A stretch of 64,000 bases of DNA from Bilabrum cf. latius (GCA_965178125.1 OZ237764.1:496001-560000), one strand, 5' to 3'. Shown: positions 49,410 through 61,717, numbered from the stretch's first letter. Notes: a model not told the origin generated them from the sequence alone. Program-made: numbers and translations.

Positions 49410-50229
49410 ATCCAGATTGACTGGATTGTAGGATTATATCTGGATCTCTACATTGAAACCTGTATCCCTTACACAAACATCAAGTATCCCCGGATTAAGT
49501 CGGCTAGTTTTGGACGGCAGCTGCAGCGATCCGTGTCCGCTGGTCGCGGGCTGGCGCCAGATCCCGCACATCTTCACGCGCTTCAAGGGTCAGGTTCGGG
49601 GCTGCAACCGTCGGTAGCGGTTACTTAATTGAATCGCCGGTGGCCCCGGGGTTAGGTGCTTCTGGCTCGCATCCGGATCAGATCTCAGCCCCGCTATGGT
49701 AATAAAAAATTGATGGTAATAAATAATTTATTTATTCCAATGCGGGGGGGAGATCCGGAAGGAAGCAGCCACGGTGTGTCACTGGCATGCTGCCTCAGGC
49801 TCGGGCCTGCATCAAGCTCCGGTGGCCATCCTGCTGCTTTTACTCCTAGCAAAGCCTTACACATGTCTCACGGACTGGCATCAAGCTACGTGGTACCTTG
49901 CAGCCCATGGCATGAGTGGCTGGCACTCGAGAGTCGAGACTCTCAGCCTGCTAGGCTAATGCTCGATGAGGCCCCGAGGGGATAAGTCTCCCCTTCCAAA
50001 AACAGTCGGAATGTCTCAGCAGGTTGTTTGATGTGACACCTAGCGCGTGCGCTTCAGATTATAACTTATATTCGGTGACTTTTGCAGTCGATTCAACTCG
50101 CGCCCTTGTTCGGTGTGAAAGCATTTCGCATACATGCGCCAACAAGGCGAAAGCAGGTCCCGTCATGCATCGTAGGGATCGCACGCACGCCACTCGTACA
50201 TCTGCGCGACCGCCGTACAAAGACCCTCC

Positions 50230-51873
50230 TCACATAGTCTGGTACCCGTCCCAGTAAGCAAAAGCGTTCTCGAAACTGTGTCCCGGCTCTCCCTCAGGCC
50301 AGCCGTGACACGACCGCCAGGCTATTGAGAGCGTAGCCTGCTGGCGCAGGTAAACGATGTTTTTATCAATCTTCAGCGCCATTACCGTGGGCCGCATGTA
50401 GGACGTGTCGACGCTCCACAGGTACGCCCCGCTGTCCATGTCCACCAGAGCGAGATCTCCCGTGCGGTCGCACTCCTCCCCCGTGATGACGAGTGCGCAC
50501 TCCTGGGCCTTGCCCTGGGTTTCTGTCGCCCAGTTCTTGTCTCCGACATCAAATGTCCCCACCAGGTTGCAGTCGTCCTTTACTGTCAGAGAGGCTTTGC
50601 TGTTGCCCCCCTTCCGGAGCGACTGCCCCATGGCCAGCACCTGAGTGTCCCACAGAGTATGCCCCTGGGCGGCAGGTCGCTTAGCAAGCGCCTGGGGGTC
50701 GCAGCGAGGTACTATCCCGATGATGGCCTTCTACAGCGCCTTCGACTTGCGACCGTTGCCGTAGGTGTCGTCTTGGTCAGGACTTTCCAGATCCTTCGAC
50801 CCCGATGACCACACGATAGCACCTCCCTGCTAGTGCAGGACTGCATTCCCAGCCCCCTGCATACGAAGGGTGTCTGCACCCGGGTCCATCAGCGAGGCAG
50901 GCACCCGCCAGACGTACTGCCCGGAGGCGCTGTCCACGATGGCCAGGTCGCCCTTGGTGTCGCACCCGTCCCCTGTGATGACGAGTGCGCACTTTCCCTC
51001 AGTACCCTTGCCCCTCGTGTTAGTCGCAAATCGCGCTTCGTCCTCTCGGTACACCACCAGGTTGCAGTCTCCCTGCATGCGTAGCTCGAACCCCTCCCCC
51101 GCCCTCAAGGAGGCCCCGGGTCGCAGCGCCTGCCCCGGAGACAGCAAGTTGCCGCCGGTCACTTGTTGGTATGACGATTCCAGGACGCCTGCATCGCACT
51201 GCAGATTGTGCACGTCCTCCCGCACCTCCAGATCGAAGTGGAGGTACCCCGTACCGCTCACCACGTTATAATCATCTTTGGTGCTCCACAGCAGCTGCGC
51301 GCCTTCCTGAAGGAGGACGACATTGCCGTCCCCCTAGACCAGAAGCGTATCCACCTCTGGTGTGAAGATAGAAGATTGCACTCGCCAGAGGTACTTGCCC
51401 GTAACCGTGTCGATGATGGCCAGGTCTCCCTGCGTGCTGCACGATGCATCCGTCATGAGCAGCGCGCAGTGGTTGGCCTGTTCTGGTCGGTGCACGGCTA
51501 TCATTTCCTTGTCCGAGTCGCCAGTTATCTACAGGTAGCAGTCATACCGGAGCCACATTCTCGTCGAATCCTTGGTCAATGCATCATCGTATGAGTACTC
51601 GGCAGAATGCAGAATCTCGCCTCTCCGGAGCCTGTCGCCCTTTGCCGGCTTCCTCGCGGCCAAGGCGCTCACATCACAGGAGTACATGTCAATGTTGTCC
51701 TCGTTCAGGCGTGTAGTCCATACTTGGCCAAGATTGTTGCTGCTGCTGGTGTGGACCGAGACCGACGAAGAAGAGCCAGCACGAAGGTGCTGCTGGCCTG
51801 CTGCTCGACGCCCATGCACGCAGAGCGCCGAACAGGCGGCGAGAGCTACCAACACAGAAACGATTGATCGCAT
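50230..51873 (-). CDS. Secreted protein with three bulb-type (B/GNA) lectin-like domains, copy A (547 aa)
   Basis: Signal peptide MRSIVSVLVALAACSALCVHG; three repeats of L-x-x-G-x-x-L ... DC(N/Y)L ... C-A-L ... GDLA ... YxW; MQGDCNLVVY matches the QxDxNxVxY mannose-site consensus. TAG at 51529, 51334, 50830, 50731; TGA 50230-50232. Confidence 0.82.
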
Positions 51874-52024
51874 TATTGCAGATCTGAGGTTGACACGACC
51901 GTTGTATCGCTTAACGATGACGCAGTCGGCGGCCATGAGGTGTGCGACGAGTCGCGCGCACGAGCAAATATGCTTCGTCACCCGCCGGCGCCGCAGCGGA
52001 ACTTTGGGCTGTGGCGGAGGGCGG

Positions 52025-52241
52025 CCATGCCCGAGCCAAACTTTCGGCTCGGGCAAAAGGCAACTTTGCCCGAGGCTTATTATTTTATATTTAAACTGGG
52101 TTTGCCGCGATTTCAGCGATCGCGCCCGAGCGGAAAGTTAGGCTCGGGCGCCGAGCACCTGCGCCCGAGCCTAGCATTGGGCTCGGGCAGGGGCGCCCTC
52201 CGCCCGAGCCTAGGGTTTTCTTTTTTTCGGCTCGGGCACGG
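52025..52241. mobile_element. MITE-like / foldback element rich in GCCCGAG(CC) inverted repeats
   Basis: Ends CCATGCCCGAGCCAAA and TTCGGCTCGGGCACGG (14/16 inverted match); about 9 GCCCGAG/CTCGGGC copies in mostly alternating orientation. No TSD found. Confidence 0.55.
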
Positions 52242-52604
52242 GTATTTTGCTGATAAATCGGTCAGTAACTGCGAAATATGAAGAGTCTCAGCACCTACAT
52301 CGCGCAAACGTGCAAATGCATTGGCAGCACTCGTCGCGAACGTCGGGGACTCTGCCGAACGATAACCACTATCAACCTAGCCAACTAGCAATACCAATCA
52401 TGCTCCAATCAAGCGCTTGCCAGGGCATTTATTTTTGGGAACGGGTGGGACAGTAACTGAATTTACTTATTTTGTGTAATGGTTGTTGTTGGATACCATT
52501 AGATGGTACCATAGGATGTTAAAAACCGCAGGTTTTAACATCCCAAGTTGGGGGAGACTGGAAGAGAAATTTATTTCTCGCACCGGTCTACCCGTCGGGG
52601 GGGT

Positions 52605-53246
52605 TCGCTGGATGGTGGACTATCCTGGACCAAGGCCAAGAAGGAGCCAAAGACCGGGTTCATCGGAAGCCCAAGGGCATATCAAGGCAGACACCGTCAA
52701 CAACGACACCCGCTATGGCAGCTGGACAATTCTGGCATCTTCAATAGCCTGGACCGCGGTGACACGTGGGACGAGTGCAAGTTACAGCCTTTCAACAATG
52801 GTGTGCTCAACAACGGGCTCGCCGTGGTGAAAGACTCCACCGGTGGATACGGGGGCAAGCCGGGCCAGTCGGTGGTGCTGTCGGCAGGGCAATCGAGGGT
52901 GCTGGGCGAGGGCTTGCAGGTGTCATACGACGGCTGCAACACATGGCATGCACTGCCGGGGAGCGGGAATTTCACCTGGAAGTACCCCATGGGGAGCAGC
53001 GATGGGCCCATGCTTGACGCGCACGAAAGCGGCGGGATCGTGACGACAATGGGGCGGGGTGCAAACTACCCTGACACATTCTCCGTGTGGGCCAGCAGCG
53101 ACTTCGGGCAGACCTGGACGGACGTGGCAGACGTAACGAAAGGACAAAGCGTGCGCGCTTCGGGCCTGTACATTGACAAGTGGGACCCGAAGCGCATCTT
53201 CATCTCAACAGGCGGTCGGAGTCTTGCCATTGTCACGCTGGAGTGA
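52605..53246 (+). pseudogene. 5'-truncated duplicate of the GH74-like gene 3' end
   Basis: Highly similar to 45890-46544. An 11-bp deletion at ~52670 (between AAGC microhomologies) and a 1-bp deletion at ~52716 give a compensated frameshift. No upstream domains or signal peptide. Confidence 0.88.
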
Positions 53247-53687
53247 TTCAAAGCATGTGAAGGCAACGGTTGGAGCAGTGTCCCCATCTTGGATGCTTCC
53301 AGTGATGTGACATGACTGTGCCACTTGACTGGACTACAGGATCACATGTGGTTCTCTAAATTGAAACCTACACCCGTGCATTTGCGTGAACATTATGCAT
53401 TCCCGGATTAAGCCGTCACCTGTTCAGCCACGCCCATCACCATCCGGTTTACTTGCTCCTGGCTCGCAAGCGGAATCTGGAATCCGGATCGGATCCAGAG
53501 GGAAGCAGCCGCGGCATGCCAGGGGCCTGCGTCAGGCTCTGGTGGCCATCTTGCTGCTCTTGCTCCAAGCACAGCCTTGCATAAGTTTCGCAGACTGGCA
53601 TCAAGCTATGCAGTACACTGCAGCCTTCTACACGAGTGGCTGGTAGACCCGCACCCATATCTGCAAGACCGCCGCACAAAGATCCCC

Positions 53688-55358
53688 TCACTTATCTTGG
53701 AACTTGCCCCAGTAAGCAAACGCCTCCGTGAAACTGGATTCGGGCTTTCCCTCAGGGCTGTGGGATCCCTTGCCGGCATCCGACCGCCAGATTCGTGAGA
53801 GTGTAGCCTGCTGGCGCAGGGACAGTGTGTTGTCATATAGCTTCATCATCCTGGCCGTGGGCCGCATGTAGGACGTGTCGACGCTCCACAGGTACGCCCC
53901 GCTGTCCATGTCCACGAGAGCGAGATCTCCCACGCGGTCGCACTCCTCCCCTGTGATGACGAGTGCGCACTTCTGGGCCTTGCCCTGGGTATCCGACTTC
54001 CAGTTGATGTATCCGTCCCCGGCAGTCTCTACTAGGTTGCAGTCGTCCTTTACTGTCAGAGAGGCCTTGCTGTTGCCCCCCTTCCAGAGCGACTGCCCCA
54101 TGACCAGCACCCCGGAGTCCCACAGAGCTTGGCCCCGGGCGGCAGGTCGCTTGGCAAGCGCCTGGGGGTCGCAGCGAGGAGCCGTCCCTTCGATGGCTGC
54201 CTACAACGCCGCTGTCTTACGACCATTACCGAAGGTGTAGTCGAAGTCAGGACTAACCAGGTCCGCCGACCCAGATGACCACGCGATAGCACCTCCCTGC
54301 TGGAACAGGACTGCATTCCCCGCCCCCTACAGACGAAGGGTGTCTGCGCCCGGGTCCATCAGCGAGGTAGGAACCCGCCAGATGTACTGCCCGGAGGCGC
54401 TGTCCACGATGGCCAGGTCGCCCTTGGTATCGCACCCGTCCCCCGTGATGACGAGAGCGCACTTCCCCTCGGTACCCTTGCCCCTCGTGTAAGTCGAAAA
54501 TCGCGCTTTGCGCCCTAGGTGCACCACCAGGTTGCAGTCTCCCTACATGCGCAGCTCGACGCCATTCGCCCCCCCCACCCTCAAGGCGGCCCCGGCTCGC
54601 AGTACCTGCCCCGGAGACAGTACGTCACCGCCGGTCACTTGTTGGTACGACGATTGCAGGACCCTTGCATCGCATTGCAGACTGTGTATGTCCTCCCGCA
54701 CCTCCAGATTGAAGTGGAAGTACCCCTAACTGCTCGGCAAGTCCTTTTTTTGTTTGGTGCTCCACAGCAGCTGCGCGCCTTCCTGGAGGAGAACGGCATT
54801 ACCGTCCCCCTGGGCCAGAAATGTGTCCACCTCGGGTGTAAAGGCAGAGGATTGCACCCGCCAGAGGTACTTGCCCGTATCCGTGTCGATGATGGCCAGG
54901 TCTCCCTGCGTGCTGCACGACGCATCCGTCAAGAGCAGCGCGCAGTTGTGAGCATGCTCCTCACGGTTGCCCGAGGCGAACAATTCCGTCTGGCCCTTCC
55001 TATCGACGACCAAATTGCAGTCAGCCCGGAGCCACACCATCGTCGAATCTTTCGACAACGCATTACCGAGTGCGCCCACGGCGGAATGCAGAATCTCGCC
55101 TCTGCGGAGCCTGTCGCCCACTGCCGGCTTCTTTCTCGCGGCCAAGGCGCTGACGTCGCAGGAATATGTGTCAAGTTTGTCAAGGTCGAGGTGTGCCGAC
55201 TGGATACCGCGGCTCTGATGCCTGCTGCTGGCGTGGACCGAGGCCGACGACGTAGAGCCAGCGCTGCGAAGGTGCTGCTACCCTCTTCTTCGTCGCCCGT
55301 GCACACTGACCGCCGAAAAGGTGGCAAGAACCACTAAAATAGTAACGATAGATCGCAT
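53688..55358 (-). CDS. Secreted protein with three bulb-type lectin-like domains, copy B (556 aa)
   Basis: Signal peptide MRSIVTILVVLATFSAVSVHG; colinear with copy A. TAG at 55278, 54726, 54543, 54327, 54201; TGA 53688-53690. Confidence 0.82.
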
Positions 55359-56340
55359 TCGTGCAGATCCGAGGTCGAGGAGACCGTTGTATCCCTTCCC
55401 GCTAGGAAGTGCGTGATTCGGCGAGAAGACACGCGCACGAGCAAATGTATGCTTAGAGTTGCAACTGCAGAGGCTGGATTGTTCGCCGATCGAGCCCCTA
55501 TTTGCACTGGATTCGACAATACTCTGCAGGTAGAGAGGCTGCAGCAGTCCGTGAATAGTTCGTGGTTCGTGATTTAAAGGTGCACGTTATCACGACTCCG
55601 CATCTGTAGATCTACTCAGTTTGACGGGGGCAGCATGCATTGCTGCCTCTCGACACGTAGCTGGCCCTGCCTGCCTGTGTCGTCCCGACGACTTCTGAGC
55701 TTCCAGACCCTTTTCGGTGTCTGCCTTCTTCGATACACTCCCATAGATCTAGCTCCCCCACGGCTCCGGGTGGATGAGGATGCGGGGCTTTGCAGCTGGC
55801 CAGCAGGCCACTGCCGGCATGGCTGCTGTCGGAGGACGGACGAGATGGGGCAGCGGCCTGCGGATCCGATGCAGTTTGTGAGTGCATGGTATTGGAGTCA
55901 CGCTGTTGCGTATGAGATGCCTCAATTTCATACTTAACCGCCACAGAAATGAAGGCAGAGACACAGACGGGGCAGTCGGTGAGGCCAGCAAGGTCTCTGA
56001 GATTGAGGTCGCGCGGTGGGCGCAGGACCCGCTCGAGGTGCACGCACAGAGACGTAGCGACGCGTAGGAGAACGAGAGTGCGGTCAATGAGGCCAGGTGA
56101 GTGATGAAGGGTGAGGACAGAGGAGAGTGGGTGATTGGGATCGGCCCTGCTGCTACCTATCAGATCATAGCAGCTTGCAGCTATTCGGGGGCATGCTTGC
56201 TGCTGCTCTCCCACCTGACAGCAACTAGCAGGACACAAGCATCAAGCTTCGGCCAAACCACGCGCCACTGCCGCCAGCGGCCTCTAAACCAGAATTGCGA
56301 CTCGTTGATCCAGCCCTTGCCCTCGCCTCTTGGCCTTCAT

Positions 56341-58985
56341 TTACTTGCCCAGCTTCGGAGCTGGCTTCTCCCATTGGCTCTTGCCGGTTTCCGTGTTGTA
56401 GTAGTACGCATAGCCCTCAGGTGTGTGAGCCGTCACCCATTGCTCGTCAAAGCCACCCTGCTACTCCTCCGAGGCATGCTTCTTCGTTGCCTAATGGCTC
56501 CGAGTTGAGACCCATCCTCTCTGCTCCACTTCCAGCACCTCGTGGCACAACAAGCGCAGTCGCGTATCGAGCTCCCCTGTTCTCTGAAGCTACTCCATAA
56601 CCTCGAGTACCCTAGGCATGAACGGCTTGTACTTGTAGTTCTTCTCCACTGCTATACTTTCGAATCTCGAGAAAGCTCCACCCACCCGGAGCGCCAGCGT
56701 GCATAGGCACTCGACGCTCAGCGTATTTGGAGACTCATCTGCCTGCTTGGCAGCATCAAGCGAGGCATTCGACAGTGGACCCAGCAAGAGGTGCTTGAGG
56801 CATACCATGATGATGGTTGGCGGCAGCACTCTCTGCAGGAAGATGTGTCCGATAAACGATGTACTGCTCAGCACACTCTTCTTGATCTCAGCTAGCTCAG
56901 CTGCCCGCTCTGTCCTCCTCTGCTCGAGCCGGTCTCTCAGCTGCCTGGTCAGCGTGCCATCCCTTAGGGCGTCATGCAGCTCTGTATCGTCCTCGCGCCG
57001 AGCCTTCAAAAGTGCAGCAATCGAATCCTGTCGCTTGAACCCCTTCATCGTGCGGGCGCCAAGCACGTTTTGCAGTTGGCTCCGACGGATGCCCTCTGCC
57101 AGTGCGGATGCCTCGTCTGTGGCCCTGCTGCATTTGACTGGTGGTGGAGTCAGCTTATCTCCAGACTGGTCAAAGTACCACCCTGGCTCCACTGGCATGC
57201 CCTTGAGCTGCTCCAGCTCCTCCTGTAGCAGCTCGATGGTACCTTCGTACGTGGTCTTGCCGTTGACGAGGTCAGCCACCTGCTTGTATGGGGACATGCC
57301 CTTCACAGTCGTTTCAATTGCGCCGCTGCTTGTGCTCGCACCAGCGCCAGTACCTGCACCTGGCCCTGCACCTGCTCCCAAGGCCGCTCCAGTGTCAGTA
57401 CCTACACCTGGCCCTGCAACTGCTCCCAAGGCCGCTCCAGTGTCAGTACCTCCCATATGAGTCGTGGCTAGGGCACCAGTCTGCTCCTAGATGGCGGCCT
57501 GGATTTTGCTGGCATGTCTTGCAGCCATCACAGCGAGCTCCATCTTGTCCTTCCTCGCCTCTAGGGCCTCCATCAGGGTCTAGACGGCCGACATTCGGGT
57601 CTGCTACAAGGCTTTACTAATCTTTGCCTCCTCTTCAGATACAAAAAGGGGCTTGACAAACCCCTTGGCCCAATTCATGGCCATAGGTTTGATGTTACGG
57701 AGAAGAACAGCGATGGCTTCCTGACGGTGCTCATCCAATAGGGCCTTCTTGATGATGAGGTCCACGATCGTCAACAACACACTGTAGGACTTGACCTCAA
57801 GTCCCTTCATCTCCTTCACCATTTCGTGCCGGTTGCTGGCAGTAAGCCGATCGAGTAGGCTGGTGACTGTCGTGGCCGCCCGCTCGTGCTCATCCCCAGC
57901 ATGCTCGTCCTCACCCGGCACTTGGTCTACGCCGGCGTCTTGCCTGTTCTGCACGCGCTTGAGGCGGGCCACCAGCTGCACGCGATCTGCCTCCGAGAAT
58001 CGGTCGCGGTCATGCCGCCTGCCCTTGCCTCCCTTTCGTCCCTTCTTGTTCTCCTTGACCTGCTCGCGAGGAGCCAGTGAGTAGCCCAGAACGCCCGCGA
58101 CCAGCATGCCATCTGGCCCAAAGGAGGACCTGCTTGGAATACTAGTCATGGCCTTCCTAATTCCGAGCATCTGGGCAACTGTGAACTTGCCTGGCACGGA
58201 TGTCTCTTCCAGCAGCGGGTCAAAGCCGTCGAGGGCTGCCTCGCCCGTAGCTGTGCCTGGGTGCGCTCGGTGGATCGGACGAGGGGGGGAGGCGAAGTCG
58301 GTGCAACTTGAATAGCCTGCAGTGTAGCCTGGTGCGAAATGCTCCCGTGCCTCAGCCCCGGGCTGGGCGGAGGGAAAGAGAGCAGGTGCTGCCGGGGCAT
58401 CCGGATGTATTTGCTCCTTCTGCTGCGCGAAGCTTGGCGGGGCTGACGCTTGTGAATCAGTTGCATCTAGCAAACCATCCCTTTCTTGCTGCTTCTTTAT
58501 GGCCTCTGCAGCCCACTCCACCTCCTATCCGCTGCTGTACTGGATCTTGAAAACGCGACGTGGGCGCTGTGTTCTCGGAACGGGTCCCGCCCCTGCTTGC
58601 GACGTGGTCGATGCTACAGACAGCTATGGTCCGGGTACTATGCCTTGCGCCTACCACTACTAGTACGCGGGAGGCGCCTGGTGCCTGAACATGTAGTGGT
58701 GCTGTGGCACGGCACTGGCTGCGGTGATAAGCGACTAACGAAAGTGGTTAGATCCAATCCGGATATACCGCAGGTGTACGAATATCTCAGTAAACAAACA
58801 AATTCGGTCTTGCCTTGAGACAAGGGTCCCGCGAATCCTCCTAGACCAGGACTGCGAAAAGGAAGAGACAGGCAGCAATCTGAGCCAAATCTAGGTATCG
58901 TGGGAGAGTTAGGTAATTCAATCATCCATCCACATGGAAACACTAACAATTGTTGTTGAGAATGTTGGCGATTCGGGTTCATGTT
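56341..58985 (-). CDS. eIF4G-like MIF4G-domain protein with C-terminal WW domain (5' exons uncertain)
   Basis: VTSLLDRLT...IVDLIIKKALLD; FIGHIFLQRVLPPTIIMVCLKHLL; VECLCTL; LDTRLRLLCHEVLEVEQRGW; then QWVTAHTPEGYAYYYNTETGKSQWEKP. One frame runs from at least 58740 to TAA 56341-56343 with 10 or more TAGs. Confidence 0.75.
57355..57450 (-). repeat. 48-bp coding tandem repeat (GTDTGAALGAxAGPG x2)
   Basis: cacctggccctgca(c/a)ctgctcccaaggccgctccagtgtcagtacct repeated twice. Confidence 0.85.
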
Positions 58986-59542
58986 ATTGAATTCTCGGCA
59001 CCAAACAGAATATGTCCAGCATCCAGATGGCCCTAGGTGGGAGTCTGGTATACAATTTTGAATCACACGCTACTACTAATATCAGTCCACATCTCAAAAC
59101 CATGGGCTTTGAGCCATCACGGTTCATGAAAATCCCTTCAACAAAGCAAGCAGATCCACGACCTGCTCCATAGCCCTGGGCCCCGCAGGCCCTGGCAAAG
59201 CAACCAGCCTGCCAAGCGCACTCGCAGCCTCGCCTCCCAGAGCGCCAGCACCCTCACAATCACCCTGGTTCCGAACGCCACAGGGAACACGAAGTCCTCA
59301 CGCACAACCCCAGCGATGCCATCAAGGAACAACGCCTGGGCCTCAGGGTCATCCCCCAGCATGCTCCTGATAGCACCTGCGATGCCTCGCACCGCCACAG
59401 CCATGCCCGCCTCGTTTTTCCTGTTCTTGTTGCCGCACGCGCTACGGCCAAGAAGGAGCTGCCGGGTATCGTGCCCTGAATGCTACGAGCCATCCAAGAG
59501 GCCTGGCTGAAGTTGATCTTCTGTTGGTGTCGCGATGCACGC

Positions 59543-61550
59543 TCACGCCATCTCGCCCTCGACCTCCGCCGCGAAGAGCCTCCACTCCTCCTCCCGGGCC
59601 CTCTCCACTACTTCCGGTTTGAGCACCCCCAGCCAGCCCAGCATCCTCACGGCCCGCGACTGCAGGAATTCCACGTAATCTTCGTCCATGAAAAAGCTCT
59701 AGAAGTCGTGCCCGGGATCGACCCTGGGCCACCGGGGCAGGCCGGGGGTAAGCAGCCCCTTGCCTGCCGGTGCCGCACCCCCCTGCAATGCACCTCCAAC
59801 GGCAGCCGTGGCCCCCTTCGGTGCGCCCGCTGCAGAGCCCCCCTTCGGTGCACCCGCTGCAGAGCCCCGCAAGCTGCCCGTTGCAGGAGATGGCGGCTTT
59901 TCCTCGCCTGCGCCACTCGTCACACCAGCCTCCTCGAACAGCTCCAGCACCACGTTGCGCCAGGCCGGCGAATCCTCATCACCACCTTCCTTGTCGCCAT
60001 CACTCGTCACACCACTACCCTCCTGCAGCCCTCTAGCCCACGCCTCAAACGCCTCTTCGTCCTCCTTCCTCATCGCCTCAAAGCACACCTACAGTGCGCT
60101 CTGCCGCCCCTCTGAGCTCATCAGCATCAGCACCAGCTTCTCGGGCAGCCACTCCTCGGAGAAGTACGAGGCGAAATGGTGCAAGTAAACAGCCACCTGG
60201 GCCTGCTACTTGGTCTTAGAGGGGTGCATCAGCCGCTCCACGATGGACTGTGGGCTCGGGCCTGCGACAACGAACGAGTGCCGGTGACGCAGGTCGCGAA
60301 CGTACCTTTGCGAACTTTCACGAACCTTCCTGATCCCCGACCACGGTTTGCCGAAATTGCCCTTGGCCTCCACCGCGTCAGTGACCTCCTTGGTCGCAAA
60401 CCCGCTGCTCCTCCAGGGAACACAGCCCTTGGCTTCATCTCCCAGGAACGGCTGCCTGGCGCACCGCACTCCCATGCACCCAGCGAGCAGACTGAGGCTG
60501 ACGTTGGCACCATGCACGTCCGCATCTCCCGCAAGTTCGTGATCCCTTGCCCCCGTGTAGTACGCCTTGCTGGGCTCGGTAAAGGAGGATGCGAGGGCTT
60601 TTTCCTTCCACTCGTCCATCTTGCCGAGCAGGAAGTCCAGGACGGTCGCGCGGGCCCTCGTGACGGGGTCCTCGGCGCTATCGTGCGATGCACCCGCCCC
60701 GCTGCTGGCTGCAGAGGCGGCAGTACCTGCCGCACCCTTCGATGCCGATGCACTGCCGCTGCCGCTGCCGCCGCTGCTCGGCTTGGCTGCCGGGGGGTGG
60801 GTGTGGTGGGCTCCCTGGAGATTGGAGGCGCATTCGAGCACCGTCATGAATACCGCCACTTTGCGCGCGTGGCACTATTGCGCGCCCCTGCACATGAGGG
60901 CAAGCATGGACTCGGCCGTGATCGGATCGCCGGTTCTGCTCGCTCCATCGCCCTCGGTGCTCTCCGCAATGGCGAGCAGAGCAGCGTGGAGAATCGGCCG
61001 CTGCCACGCGCGCAGCTGCCTCTGCAGCTAGGGAACTTCTCTCTCTGGATAACCGCTTGCTATGCCAGGTACGCTCACCCTGTAGCGGATAGCAGGGGTT
61101 TCTGTTCCTGTGGCCTGAATCAGACGATTAACGGTTGTCGAGAACGGCTCCGATATTGGGTCCTCTGCAACCATGCGCTCGTACCGGGTAACGAGAGCCT
61201 GCACGCGGGAACTGCCTAATATTGCTTCGGAAATCTGCGACAAATTTTACGCGACAAGACTTGGAGATTGTGGTTTCATCTATCCAATTTCATTCTTCGC
61301 GATCTGGGCACCTCGAGACAGGCGACCACTCTGAAGCTGCCGATACCATAGACATTGCCAGTAGATACAATTGATCTTACGCAAATTTTATCCATTGCAG
61401 ATTTGAATGCCGGGATAGCCGCGCCTGGGGGCGCATCGATCCAAGACTCGAACAAATCGACGGATGCAGATCGAGCCAGCTTGGGTGGAGCAAGAGCGCT
61501 ACTAGCAGGTTTCTCAACTGATGCACACATACCCATAAACAGTACCACTG
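59543..61550 (-). CDS. Hypothetical protein (5' end uncertain)
   Basis: ORFs 61028..61243, 60206..60859 and 59699..60088 share a frame linked by TAG only and end ...EVEGEMA-TGA at 59543-59545. A probable intron ~61235-61380 joins the 61276..61548 frame. Confidence 0.6.
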
Positions 61551-61717
61551 GTTAGGTTATACAATAGGGGTGACAGTTGTGAGCGAGAACTGGTCCGCAG
61601 AACGCATCTAGTATCTTCATCTTTTGTCCGTGTGCAGTCTGCACAATATATCCTCCAACGCCGGTTCGTGAGTAAAAAAACCATGAATTTGCGACATTTC
61701 ATTTCATACTGTGAGCA

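Larger units (their letters stand above)
45890..55455. repeat. Tandem segmental duplication: block A ~45890-51975, block B ~52605-55455 (GH74 3' part + spacer + lectin gene + upstream motif)
   Basis: Colinear similarity of the GH74 3' end, 3' flank, lectin CDS and upstream CGCGCACGAGCAAAT. Block A is longer mainly because of TE insertions. Confidence 0.92.

Noticed and set aside
52548-53246. 232-aa ORF as an intact gene
   Set aside because: It starts at a non-ATG codon in unrelated sequence and includes a frameshifted segment. It is a truncated copy of the GH74 3' end.
55460-56340. Possible gene between lectin B and the MIF4G gene (ORF 55612..56238 and others)
   Set aside because: No recognisable motif or consistent frame could be established by eye.
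59138-59404. 89-codon minus-strand ORF as continuation of the 59543-61550 gene
   Set aside because: An in-frame TGA at 59543-59545 intervenes and I found no convincing intron restoring the frame. Left uncalled.
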